Assembly: GCA_050949565.1 (NCBI GenBank)
Contig: JBMNFY010000011.1
Location: forward strand, 1-64,000
Source: Kiritimatiellia bacterium
Lineage (GTDB): Bacteria > Verrucomicrobiota > Kiritimatiellia > RFP12 > UBA1067
Direction of reading: 5' to 3'
DNA length: 64,000 bases
Shown here: piece after piece, positions 8,694 to 18,144 of the stretch
Numbering within the stretch: the first letter of the stretch is position 1
How the letters are laid out: each line of letters begins with the position of its first letter
The notes under the pieces: model-generated
The model's database searches: none
Seen by the model: only the letters and a program-made list of their open reading frames with translations
Told to the model about the DNA's origin: nothing
Translations under genes and position numbers: made by a program

Positions 8694-9548
8694 TCACCGC
8701 ATCAGCAAGAGGCTGAGAGCCATCACCAGCATGCCGCCCACGACGCCGAAAAGGCTGTCGTGCCCTTTGCCGTAGGCGCGGCTGATAGGCAGTAGCTCGT
8801 CCAGACTGATGTAGACCATGATGCCGGCCACGCCGCCAAAGAGGATGCCCATGATTTCGGGCGGGAGCGCGCCGTCTTCGCCGCCCGCGAAGAAACGCAG
8901 CACGAGATAGGCCACGCCCGCGCCGACCGGCTCGGCGAGGCCACTCAGCAGGGAGTAGCAGAACGCCTTACGGCGGTTGCCTGTGGCGTAATAGATCGGC
9001 ACGGAGACGCTGATCCCCTCGGGGATGTTATGCAGCGCGACGGCAATCGCAATCGCGGCACCGAGCTTGGGGTCTTGCAGGGCAGCGAGGAAGGTTGCGA
9101 GTCCTTCCGGGAAGTTGTGGATCGTAATCGCGAGGGCGGTAAAAACCCCCACGCGCATCAGCTTCTTGCCGTGCGCGGGATCATCGTGCGGCTCCAGTTC
9201 GCCCCCCTCGCGCAGGACGCGCGTCTCACTTTCATCGTGAATCTCATGCGGGTTTTCGGCGGACGGGATGACGCTATCGATCAGCCCGATCAACAGCATG
9301 CCGCCGAAGAACGAAGCCACGTTGACCCAGCAACCGAGCGGGTCGCCGTAACGTGCGACCAGCGCCTCGTTGCCCTTGACGAAGATCTCCACGAAAGAGA
9401 TGTAGAGCATCACGCCCGCCGAAAAACCGGTCGCGACAGAGAGGAACCGGTAATCGGTACGCTTGGCGAGAAAGGCGATCATGCTACCGATACCGGTTGC
9501 CAGCCCCGCAAACAATGTCAGTCCGAAAGCGATCCAAACGTCTCGCAT
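8694..9548 (-). CDS. zupT: ZIP family zinc transporter ZupT
   Basis: [39 protein letters not shown]. Confidence 0.95.
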   Translation of the reverse strand: MRDVWIAFGLTLFAGLATGIGSMIAFLAKRTDYRFLSVATGFSAGVMLYISFVEIFVKGNEALVARYGDPLGCWVNVASFFGGMLLIGLIDSVIPSAENPHEIHDESETRVLREGGELEPHDDPAHGKKLMRVGVFTALAITIHNFPEGLATFLAALQDPKLGAAIAIAVALHNIPEGISVSVPIYYATGNRRKAFCYSLLSGLAEPVGAGVAYLVLRFFAGGEDGALPPEIMGILFGGVAGIMVYISLDELLPISRAYGKGHDSLFGVVGGMLVMALSLLLMR

Positions 9549-9787
9549 GTCATCCTCTCTTTTCCCAGAACACCGGAGATCCGTACCAGTTCGAGTAGCT
9601 TATGCCAGCCCGTGACCGGAGTCAAGCGGACGACGCCATGCAGGATGTGGCGCATTAGTTCGTTAGTGCCTTACTGAACGTTGGCCATTGACCTGAAATG
9701 AGGGTTCGTGTGAAGATAACGCCGTTGGTTTTCGCGGATGGTATTTGCGTCGCCACCACGTATGCCAATTTAGGGAGAAGAGGTTCA

Positions 9788-10207
9788 ATGAAGACCACTC
9801 GCCAAGCTTGGTTTTATCCCGTTGTTTTAGCGTATGCCGTGATACGCTCTCTTTTGCTTGTTGCTTTGGCAGTGTCGCGCGGGACTTCAACCGATTGGCT
9901 CTTTGTTCCCATTCCTGTGATTTGGTCCTTAATTCCCATCGCGGCTATTGGCAGCCTCTCCTTTCAACTGCCGCCAGATAGACAAAATTTCTTTTCAGCC
10001 ATTTTGGTCGCTGTGAACATCGCCGCTATTTTTATAGCCGATTATCTCTGCTTCTGCGTTAAACCCGATGCTCAAAATGGACTTGTCATTTTCTTGTCCC
10101 CCCTCGTTCTCCTATGCTTCAACTGTCTGGTTTTTGTGACATGCATTTCTTGGCACAAAGTAAGCGAATGGGTAGCTGAAAAACGAAACGAGAGATGCAA
10201 GTCCTAG
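9788..10207 (+). CDS. Hypothetical membrane protein (about 4 TM)
   Basis: RBS GAGAAGAGG before ATG 9788; four hydrophobic stretches; visibly lower GC. Confidence 0.65.
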   Translation: MKTTRQAWFYPVVLAYAVIRSLLLVALAVSRGTSTDWLFVPIPVIWSLIPIAAIGSLSFQLPPDRQNFFSAILVAVNIAAIFIADYLCFCVKPDAQNGLVIFLSPLVLLCFNCLVFVTCISWHKVSEWVAEKRNERCKS

Positions 10208-10265
10208 TGCTATCACAACTATCAGACTATCAAAATCGGCGGTCCGAGACGTCCCGCCGTACTAC

Positions 10266-10658
10266 TCACCGGGATTGTACAAAGTACGATCCCATCCCCT
10301 TCTGCGGGTCGAGTTCGATGCTCCAATGCGTGTTCTCATTTGTCACGGATATAGCGATGCCAGATCCAGATGGACTTTTGGTAACGATTCCGCCGTGTTC
10401 ACATCCGATGGCTTCCAGATAATGGGACATCGCCTCCACCGGGAAGCGAAACGACCCGGTCCCACTGTTGATGTCGAGGTCATTTACTTCGACAATATCT
10501 GTTGACCCATCGGGCAACAATGGTGGTAACCACCCCCGCTCAAATGCTTTGGCATTCATGGCGTCGTCCAGCGTCTTGAACTCCGTGCGCACGGTATCCG
10601 AACATCCGGCAACCGCCAGAGCGATGATCAGGGGTGTTATTCGTTTCCCCCACCTCAT
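10266..10658 (-). CDS. Hypothetical lipoprotein (resembles YbbD-like small proteins)
   Basis: Lipobox AVAGC; ERGWLP..LP..S.DI...NDLD.N pattern; ATGA overlap with the upstream macrodomain gene. Confidence 0.7.
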   Translation of the reverse strand: MRWGKRITPLIIALAVAGCSDTVRTEFKTLDDAMNAKAFERGWLPPLLPDGSTDIVEVNDLDINSGTGSFRFPVEAMSHYLEAIGCEHGGIVTKSPSGSGIAISVTNENTHWSIELDPQKGMGSYFVQSR

Positions 10659-11152
10659 CGCGCCAATTCCTTATCGTAAACCGCGAGGTCGCGCTGGGAG
10701 AAGCAGCAGAATATCACATCAATCGCCGACTGGTTCTCCTGCAGATAGGCGCGCACGGTTGCTACGGCGACTCGTGTCGCGTCTTCGATGGGATAGCCAT
10801 AGACACCGGTGCTGATTGCCGGGAAAGCAATCGATTTCACACCATGCTCTTGCGCGATTTCTAGGGATCGGCGGTAGCAGTTAGCGAGGTGCTGCTCTTC
10901 CCCCGCGTTCCCGCCGCGCCAGACGGGGCCGACGGTGTGGATGACATATTTCGCAGGTAGCTTGTACCCGCGCGTGACCTTGGCGTCGCCCACCGCGCAC
11001 CCCCCGAGCGACCGGCACTCATCCAAGAGTTCGGGTCCCGCCGCGCGATGGATAGCGCCGTCAACACCCCCACCGCCCAACAGCGTCGTGTTTGCCGCAT
11101 TGACAATCGCGTCGACCTGTAGTGTCGTGATGTCTGCCTGTATCGCTCTCAT
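10655..11152 (-). CDS. Macrodomain O-acetyl-ADP-ribose deacetylase (YmdB-like)
   Basis: [44 protein letters not shown]. Confidence 0.95.
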   Translation of the reverse strand: MRAIQADITTLQVDAIVNAANTTLLGGGGVDGAIHRAAGPELLDECRSLGGCAVGDAKVTRGYKLPAKYVIHTVGPVWRGGNAGEEQHLANCYRRSLEIAQEHGVKSIAFPAISTGVYGYPIEDATRVAVATVRAYLQENQSAIDVIFCCFSQRDLAVYDKELAR

Positions 11153-11267
11153 ATGCTCCTCTCAGCCAACCGTGTTATCGTGCCGATCTCGAACCCCATA
11201 CACAGCCAAGACCGTATTCATTTTGACCGCTAGGGTCAAGCGCGCATTTGCCCTAAAAGAACAACAG

Positions 11268-11541
11268 AGGGACAGGTCACAACAGAGGGACAGGTATTTA
11301 GACGAACCATGAAACACATGAAACTTCATGAAAAACCGTGCCATACCTTTCCGTGTGTTCCGTGTATTTCGTCGGCTACAAAGGGACAGGTATTTAGACG
11401 ATTCTCAAGTGGCGTAGTGGCGTGGCTCGCGGAGCGCCGGGAGGGACGAGCGTTGCTCGTCCGGGCGGCGTTTCACGCCGCCACACGGGCAAGATGCCCG
11501 TGCCCAGCCCGGCACCTGCAACTAAGGGACAGGTATTTAGA
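11268..11541 (+). repeat. AGGGACAGGTATTTAGA direct repeats separated by unrelated repeat modules
   Basis: Full copies at 11286, 11382 and 11525, partial at 11268. Confidence 0.85.
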
Positions 11542-11598
11542 ACATGCTAAATCACCGAACGGAACCGCGACAAATCACCGAATTCTAAAGATTTGCAC

Positions 11599-11628
11599 TT
11601 GAAACGCGACCCCTTGTTCGCGTATGAT
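11599..11628 (+). promoter_or_regulatory. Sigma70-like promoter for tRNA-Ser
   Basis: TTGAAA-18 nt-TATGAT, about 30 nt before the tRNA. Confidence 0.6.
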
Positions 11629-11657
11629 GACAACAACTTTTGCAAATCAAAGATTGT

Positions 11658-11754
<97 letters not shown>

Positions 11755-11810
11755 TTAACCCCTGCTCCACCGTGCTGCTCTTCATCTCTCGGACGGACAA
11801 GGACGATGGA

Positions 11811-14600
11811 ATGACAGGAGCCTCCCTCCAAAAATATGCGGCAGGTGTCGTGCTATGCGGACTGGTGACCGGTCTCGCACACGCTCAGGGCCATGTCTCG
11901 ACCGCTTGGTCAACCTATGTCGGCCATGACTGGAATAGCGACACGGTGAACGCCGTGGCGGTCGATGGCGCGACCAACTGCTTTTTGGTAGGGCGGCTTG
12001 GTTCAGGCGGGCTCTATAAAGGCGGCGACGATGAGTTTTGGTGCTCTGGTTATGCCAGCGGCTTTGTCTTGAAAGTCTCGCCCGCCGGGACGTTACTCTG
12101 GGCTCGCGATCTCAACGAAGTCGAAGACGGTGTTTATTCCGACACCCTTTGCGCGTTGAGCCTCTCGCAGACGAACCTCTTTGTCGTCGGCAACACGGGG
12201 GGGAGGCCGGACGATGTCAGCACCTACGCATTGATTGCCTCCCTCGACCCCGCAGACGGAGACTTTCTTTGGGGAAAAAAGTTGATCGAATACGAGGGGG
12301 GGGGCACCAACAGCTTCAACGCCGTGGCCGCTACGCCGGACGGCTACGCCGTCTACGCCGTCGGCCACACGACCTTCTCGAACCAAACCTGCAACGTCAC
12401 GGGCTACACCGTCGGCGACACCCACTACGGCACCAACCTGATCGGTGATACCGATGCCTTCGTGGTCAAGTTTGACGCTAACGGCACCATTCTGTGGCGA
12501 CACTACCTCGGCGGTGTCAATGCCGACTCCGCCCTCGCCGTGGCCGTCGGCACCAACGGTGATGTCTACATCGCAGGTAAAACCTGTTCGTCCGGCTGGA
12601 CCTCCCTAACCCCCGGCGTCGCAGTATCGCCGAATAATGCAGCCGGCTTCCTCGTCAAGCTCAGATCCAACGGCGAACACGTCTGGTCCGCCCTGCTCAA
12701 AAACGGTAGCAATCATGATGACATCCGTGCCCTGCGCGTCGATCCCGCCACCGGAGTCCTTTTCCTAGGCGGAAACACTGCTTCCTCAGGCTTCCCTGCC
12801 AACGTTCAGCCCCTCAATAATTACAACGGCGGAACCGAAGGCTTTATTATGCGCGTGACCGACACCAACACCGCCTTCCGCGTCGACTGGTGCCGCTTCG
12901 TCGGCAGCACCTCAGCTGATGAGATCGCTGCCCTCGATCTGCTTCACGACGGTCGCCTCGCCGTCGGCGGCACCACCGCTTCGGGCGGATGGCTCACGTC
13001 CGCCCCCGGCAGCCAAGCCTTCCAAGGCGTGCGGGACGGGTTCGTGGCGCTCTTCAACGCGACCAACGGCACGCCCTCCTGGGCCACCTACACCGGCGGT
13101 GCCAACGCCGACAAAATCACCGCCCTCGCACGCGCGCCGCAGGCTTTCATAATCGGCGGGCTCACCTTCTCGCCGAATTGGGTTGGCGGCGGCTTCTGGG
13201 ATGAGTGGACCAAGGAGGCCCCAAGTTACACGCTCTCCTTCGGTTTTGCCGCTTTATGGCAACCCGGTGCGCCGCTCGCGCCAACCTTTACCGCCGAACC
13301 GGCTGACCGCACGGCCCAGGAGGGCATGCCGGTCACGTTCAGTGCTGCCGCGACCGGCACCGCCCCGATCTTCTACCGCTGGCAGCGCAACGGCGTCCCG
13401 ATTCCCGGAGCCACCGCCTCCAATCTCACTTTTACCGCTGCTTACGACGACAACGGCGCGACCTATGCCTGTACGGCCTCCAATCATGTCGGTAGCGTTA
13501 CCAGCCGCGCCGTCCAGCTCACCGTCATCCCGATGGGAACGCTGACGGTCAACCTATCGCCGTCCGACGCCACCGCGCGCGGCGCGCGCTGGCGCATCGG
13601 CGGCTCGTCGCCCTGGCTGGCCAGCAGCACCTCCACCAACCTGCCCGTCGGCAGCTACACCGTGGAATTCAATTCCCTCACCGGCTGGCAAGGGCCCGCG
13701 TCGACCAACGTGCAGCTCTCCCACGCCGCCACCCTCTCGCTGCAGGCCGTGTACACGCCCATCCTGCCCGAAGCTGAACGCGCCGTCGCCGGCACCAACG
13801 TCATCCTCACCGTATGCGCCCCGGCCGGCCTTGTGAGTTGGACGCTTACCGAAAGCCTGCCGCCCGGTCTCACGCCCTTTGCCATCACCGGTGGCGGTGT
13901 CTGGAACAGTTCCGCCCGCACCTTGACCTTCAACGGCGCGGCGGCCACCACCAACACCCTTGCCTACAGCGTCACCTGCGCCACATCCGGCCTCTACACC
14001 GTCACCGGTGCCCTCGCCGTCCCGCACGTCAGCGGCACGACGCCAGTCACCGGTGACGACAAAATCCTCAGTGCGAAACTGCTTCGTGCCATTAGCGGCA
14101 CCAACGTCACCATCAGCATCAGTGCGTCGGCTGGCGGAAACTTAGCAGTCTACGAGAACATCCCCGAAGGCCTTGATCCCGCCAATATCACCGGCGGTAC
14201 CTTCCACAACTATAACAACGGCCAGATTTTCTGGTATGTTCTAAGTACCCCCGAGACTCTCTCCTATGCCGTCTCCGGCGAGCCCGGGACCTACACCTTG
14301 AGCGGTTACGCTGGCTCCGAGCTCATCTTCGGCGACAGCGTGCTGGTGATCCCGGGTGCCGAGATTCCGCCGCCCGACATCCTCGCATTCGTACCCGCCG
14401 CGCCGGGCTTCTTCGCGCTGACCTTTACCTCGGTTGTCAACCAAACCTACGCGGTGCTCACCAATGCCGCGCCCGGCACCAACGGCTGGGCCACCTGTGT
14501 CGCGCCGGTCACCGGCACAGACGGCACCACGCAAGTCCAGGTCCCCGCCCCAGATACACAGCCGCGCCTTTTCTTCCGTGTCCAATCCCTACCTGAGTAA
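11811..14600 (+). CDS. Large secreted protein: beta-propeller (SBBP-like) repeats, Ig-like domain, C-terminal FFRV-type domain
   Basis: Signal peptide ending AHA; repeated WSTYVG/WRHYLGG/WATYTGG and DAFVVK; F.YRWQRNG...D.GATY.C.ASN Ig motif; ends RLFFRVQSLPE. Confidence 0.85.
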   Translation: MTGASLQKYAAGVVLCGLVTGLAHAQGHVSTAWSTYVGHDWNSDTVNAVAVDGATNCFLVGRLGSGGLYKGGDDEFWCSGYASGFVLKVSPAGTLLWARDLNEVEDGVYSDTLCALSLSQTNLFVVGNTGGRPDDVSTYALIASLDPADGDFLWGKKLIEYEGGGTNSFNAVAATPDGYAVYAVGHTTFSNQTCNVTGYTVGDTHYGTNLIGDTDAFVVKFDANGTILWRHYLGGVNADSALAVAVGTNGDVYIAGKTCSSGWTSLTPGVAVSPNNAAGFLVKLRSNGEHVWSALLKNGSNHDDIRALRVDPATGVLFLGGNTASSGFPANVQPLNNYNGGTEGFIMRVTDTNTAFRVDWCRFVGSTSADEIAALDLLHDGRLAVGGTTASGGWLTSAPGSQAFQGVRDGFVALFNATNGTPSWATYTGGANADKITALARAPQAFIIGGLTFSPNWVGGGFWDEWTKEAPSYTLSFGFAALWQPGAPLAPTFTAEPADRTAQEGMPVTFSAAATGTAPIFYRWQRNGVPIPGATASNLTFTAAYDDNGATYACTASNHVGSVTSRAVQLTVIPMGTLTVNLSPSDATARGARWRIGGSSPWLASSTSTNLPVGSYTVEFNSLTGWQGPASTNVQLSHAATLSLQAVYTPILPEAERAVAGTNVILTVCAPAGLVSWTLTESLPPGLTPFAITGGGVWNSSARTLTFNGAAATTNTLAYSVTCATSGLYTVTGALAVPHVSGTTPVTGDDKILSAKLLRAISGTNVTISISASAGGNLAVYENIPEGLDPANITGGTFHNYNNGQIFWYVLSTPETLSYAVSGEPGTYTLSGYAGSELIFGDSVLVIPGAEIPPPDILAFVPAAPGFFALTFTSVVNQTYAVLTNAAPGTNGWATCVAPVTGTDGTTQVQVPAPDTQPRLFFRVQSLPE

Positions 14601-14786
14601 AAGGCACAACGTTTGGGGGATCGGACAGATCAGGCGGATCAGACGGATTAAAAACTCGCCACTCGCCACTACTCCGCACACAGCGCGGAAGGCTTGAGGC
14701 GGCAAACCGATTTTGTTACCGTTGTGGACTTTCTGACGCGGGGTGGATAACTGAATCCCCGGTACAGTGCGAAAGGCTGAGGGCGT

Positions 14787-16910
14787 ATGGTGTTTCATGA
14801 ACGGGTTTTCTGCGGGCAGGTAAGCGAGTCGGATGTTGGACAGTCGCTCCTGCTGGCTGGATGGGTCGATGCTTTCCGCGACCACGGCGGACTGCTCTTT
14901 ATCCATCTGCGCGACCGCAGCGGTATCCTCCAAGTGGTCTTCAGCCCGGAGGTCGCGCCGCCGGAGGTCTGCACGCTCGCCGCGACGTTACGCACTGAGT
15001 TCTGTATCGCGGTGCGCGGCACGCTGGTGCAGCGCCAAGCCGGTACCGAGAATCCCAACATCGAGACCGGCACCATCGAACTGATGGTCAAAGAACTGAC
15101 CGTGCTCACGGAGTCGGACACGCTGCCCTTCACCATCTCCGAAAAAGCGATGGTGGCCAGCGCGACGGCCGTCACCGACACCGTGTCCGAGGACACGCGC
15201 CTGCAATACCGCTATCTGGACTTGCGCCGTCCGTCGATGCGTGACCATCTGACGATGCGCCACCGCATCTTTCAATGCGTGCGCCGTTTTCTCGACGAGA
15301 GAGGCTTCCTCGAAATCGAAACCCCGGTGCTGACCGCCAGCACGCCCGAAGGCGCGCGCGACTATCTGGTGCCCAGCCGCGTCCATCCGAAAACCTTTTA
15401 CGCGCTACCGCAGTCGCCTCAGATTTTCAAGCAGCTCCTCATGGTGGGTGGCCTCGAACGCTACTTCCAACTCGCGCGTTGCTTCCGCGACGAAGACCTG
15501 CGCCCCAACCGCCAACCGGAGTTCACCCAGCTCGATATCGAGGCCTCGTTCATCGATGAAGAGTTTCTTTACGAGATGATTGAGGAACTGACCGTCCGGC
15601 TCTTTGCCATCGGCGGCATCACCCTGCCGCGGCCCTTCCCGCGCATGACCTATGCCGAGGCGATGGACACGACCGGCTCCGACAAGCCCGACCTGCGCTT
15701 CGGCCTGCGGTTTGTCGACGTGACCGACGTCTTCACACAGACGCGTTATGCCATCTTCCGCCAGATCCTGCAACGTGGCGGCTGCATCAAGGGCCTCAAC
15801 ATCAAAGGGCAGTCGGAAAAGCTCAGCAAAAATGTGCTGCAGAATGAGTATGCCAAAGAGATCGCGCCCTCCTTCGGTGCCAAAGGCATGACCTGGATGC
15901 GCGCGGAAAACGGCAAACTGGAATCCAACATCGTCCAGTTCTTCAGCGAGCAAGAACTGGACGAGCTGCGCCGCCGCTTTAAGGTTGAAGACGGCGACGT
16001 GCTCATCATGATCGCCGACTCCTCCGCCCGCGTGGTCGCCTCCGCACTCGGCAACCTGCGCCTGCATCTGGCGAACCGGCTGGGCTTGATTCCGCCCGAC
16101 ACCTTCTGTCCGCTCTGGGTCACCGACTTCCCGCTCTTCGAGCCGACCGACGAAGGCGGCGTAACTTCTACGCACCATCCTTTTACGGCACCGCACCGCA
16201 CCGACTTTGATCCGTCGAACGTCGATGAGCTGCTAAGTCTGCGTTCGCGCGCTTACGACCTGATCGTGAACGGCGAGGAACTGGGCGGCGGCAGCATCCG
16301 TATCCACAACCGTGCCGTGCAGCGCAAGATTTTCGCTGCGCTAGGATTGAGCGATGAAGATGTCCAGACGCGGTTTGGCTTTTTCCTGCGTGCCTTCGAT
16401 TTCGGTGCGCCGCCGCACGGCGGTCTGGCGCTGGGCATGGACCGTCTGGTCTCGATGATTCTGCAAACGCCCTCGATCCGCGAGGTGATCGCCTTCCCCA
16501 AGAACCGCAGCGCGGCCTGTCCGCTCACCGGTGCGCCTTCGACTGTGAAGCGCGAACAGCTCGCCGAGTTGAGCTTGCTCGATCTGGGCGGCGGTGGCTC
16601 CGCCGCGCTACCGGGTGCCGAGGCGCAGGAAGATCGCATCGACCGTATCTCTTGGGTCTCACGTATCGGCATCAACGAACAGGAGCGGCCAGTCATGGAA
16701 GCCGTGCTCGCGCAGGCCGAGACGCTGGCGGAGCAAGCGGCGGCACACGCCGGTACGGAAGCGCCCATCCGCTCGGTCGCGCCGGTCTCCAACCGCACCC
16801 GCCCGGGCACCGAGGCGCAGCGTTCACCCTTGGCCGAAACGGGGCAGGTCTTCAAAAACGCCCCGGCTGTAAAGGGTGCCTACTTTAAAGTCGCCAGCGT
16901 GCTGGAGTAA
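14787..16910 (+). CDS. aspS: Non-discriminating aspartyl-tRNA synthetase fused to a C-terminal GatC-like domain
   Basis: RDHGG, YRYLDLRR, PEGARDYLVPSR, QSPQ.FKQ, RCFRDED.R, GAPPHGG; then GGGGS linker and ~95 aa ending NAPAVKGAYFKVASVLE. Confidence 0.95.
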   Translation: MVFHERVFCGQVSESDVGQSLLLAGWVDAFRDHGGLLFIHLRDRSGILQVVFSPEVAPPEVCTLAATLRTEFCIAVRGTLVQRQAGTENPNIETGTIELMVKELTVLTESDTLPFTISEKAMVASATAVTDTVSEDTRLQYRYLDLRRPSMRDHLTMRHRIFQCVRRFLDERGFLEIETPVLTASTPEGARDYLVPSRVHPKTFYALPQSPQIFKQLLMVGGLERYFQLARCFRDEDLRPNRQPEFTQLDIEASFIDEEFLYEMIEELTVRLFAIGGITLPRPFPRMTYAEAMDTTGSDKPDLRFGLRFVDVTDVFTQTRYAIFRQILQRGGCIKGLNIKGQSEKLSKNVLQNEYAKEIAPSFGAKGMTWMRAENGKLESNIVQFFSEQELDELRRRFKVEDGDVLIMIADSSARVVASALGNLRLHLANRLGLIPPDTFCPLWVTDFPLFEPTDEGGVTSTHHPFTAPHRTDFDPSNVDELLSLRSRAYDLIVNGEELGGGSIRIHNRAVQRKIFAALGLSDEDVQTRFGFFLRAFDFGAPPHGGLALGMDRLVSMILQTPSIREVIAFPKNRSAACPLTGAPSTVKREQLAELSLLDLGGGGSAALPGAEAQEDRIDRISWVSRIGINEQERPVMEAVLAQAETLAEQAAAHAGTEAPIRSVAPVSNRTRPGTEAQRSPLAETGQVFKNAPAVKGAYFKVASVLE

Positions 16911-16945
16911 CCGTCGCCATCCGTCGCCAACAGAGGAAATCCGTC

Positions 16946-18142
16946 ATGTCTCCGATTTATCGTTTTGAAAATCCTGATCCCGCGTCCGCCCTTCCGGACG
17001 GTCCGCTCCACGGCATGCGCGTCGCGCTGCAATCCACGGTCTCGGTGGCCGGCTGGCCGACCGACGCCGACTCGGCGGCACTGACCGACTTCACCGCGCT
17101 TGAGGACGCGACTGTCGTGCAGCGTCTGCGTCAGGCCGGCGCCGCGTTGACCGGCCTGACACGCGCCAGCGAGTTCGGCTTCGGGCTGCACGGCAGCCAG
17201 GCCGGTGAGGCCGTCCGCAACGATGTTGCCGACGCCGAGCTGGTGCTGGATATGATGGGCGAGTGCCGCGTGGCCGCCGCGCGCGCCGGTGCCTTCGGAC
17301 TGCTACCGAGCGTCGGCCTGGTTTCACGGCTCGGCCTGATCGGCCTGATCCCTTCGATGGAGCGTTGCGGCCTACTCGCGCGTTCGTGCGACACGCTGAG
17401 TACGCTGCTCGCGGCGCTGGCCGGACCGGACGGACGCGACCTCACGCTTGAGGAAGCCCCGTTGCCGTCGCTCGCCCCGCTGCCGAAAGACGGACACGGC
17501 GTCACGCTCGGCGTGATCCCGCAGGCGCTGGAGGGACTGCCCGCCGCGCAAGCAGAGGGCTTCCGTGCCGCGCTTGATCGATTGGCCGCAGCGGGCGTCA
17601 CCGTGCGCGAGCTGCCCTTGCCGGAGTACAACTTGTTTGATTTGGTGCATGCGATCGTCGGTGCAGTGGAGGCCTCGTCCTGTGCGGGCCGTTACGATTC
17701 GGTGCGCTACGGTCACCGTCCGCCGGGCGCGAAGGATTGGAATGAGATGTATCTGAGCGCGCGCGGCGCGGCGTTCGGCACCTGCGTCAAGAGCTTTCTG
17801 GTTCAAGGCGCGTTCTTCCAGTTTGAACGCTATGCCGCGTATGAGAACGCCTGCCGCATCCGCGCGCGGCTGGTTGCGGCGGTGCAACAGCTCATGCCGC
17901 AGGTCGATGCGCTGGCGCTGCCGCTGGCCGACCGCGTGCCGGAAGGTGCGACGGCCACGCTCGCGGAAACGCGCGCGCCCTTCGCGAGCACGCTTCTGGC
18001 GTCGGTCACCGGACAGCCCGCACTGGCATTGCCTGCGGCGGGCGCGTACGGCGCACTGCAACTGGTCGGATCGCGGCTCGGCGACGCGCGATTGCTCGCA
18101 CTGGGCGGAATGCTTGCGGCGCTGTGCCGGGAGGGAAAATAA
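16946..18142 (+). CDS. gatA: GatA-like amidase-fold protein lacking the catalytic triad
   Basis: PLHG, DATVVQRL..AGA, EFGFG, GLVSRLGL, EASS..GRYD.VRYG.R; located between aspS-gatC and gatB. Confidence 0.8.
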   Translation: MSPIYRFENPDPASALPDGPLHGMRVALQSTVSVAGWPTDADSAALTDFTALEDATVVQRLRQAGAALTGLTRASEFGFGLHGSQAGEAVRNDVADAELVLDMMGECRVAAARAGAFGLLPSVGLVSRLGLIGLIPSMERCGLLARSCDTLSTLLAALAGPDGRDLTLEEAPLPSLAPLPKDGHGVTLGVIPQALEGLPAAQAEGFRAALDRLAAAGVTVRELPLPEYNLFDLVHAIVGAVEASSCAGRYDSVRYGHRPPGAKDWNEMYLSARGAAFGTCVKSFLVQGAFFQFERYAAYENACRIRARLVAAVQQLMPQVDALALPLADRVPEGATATLAETRAPFASTLLASVTGQPALALPAAGAYGALQLVGSRLGDARLLALGGMLAALCREGK

Positions 18143-18144
18143 CC

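Noticed and set aside
7649-8775. Short ORFs with RDRDRYRD, FQGFKV or HETRN repeats
   Set aside because: Products of 6-8-bp repeat periodicity within MITE-B; no RBS or family motif
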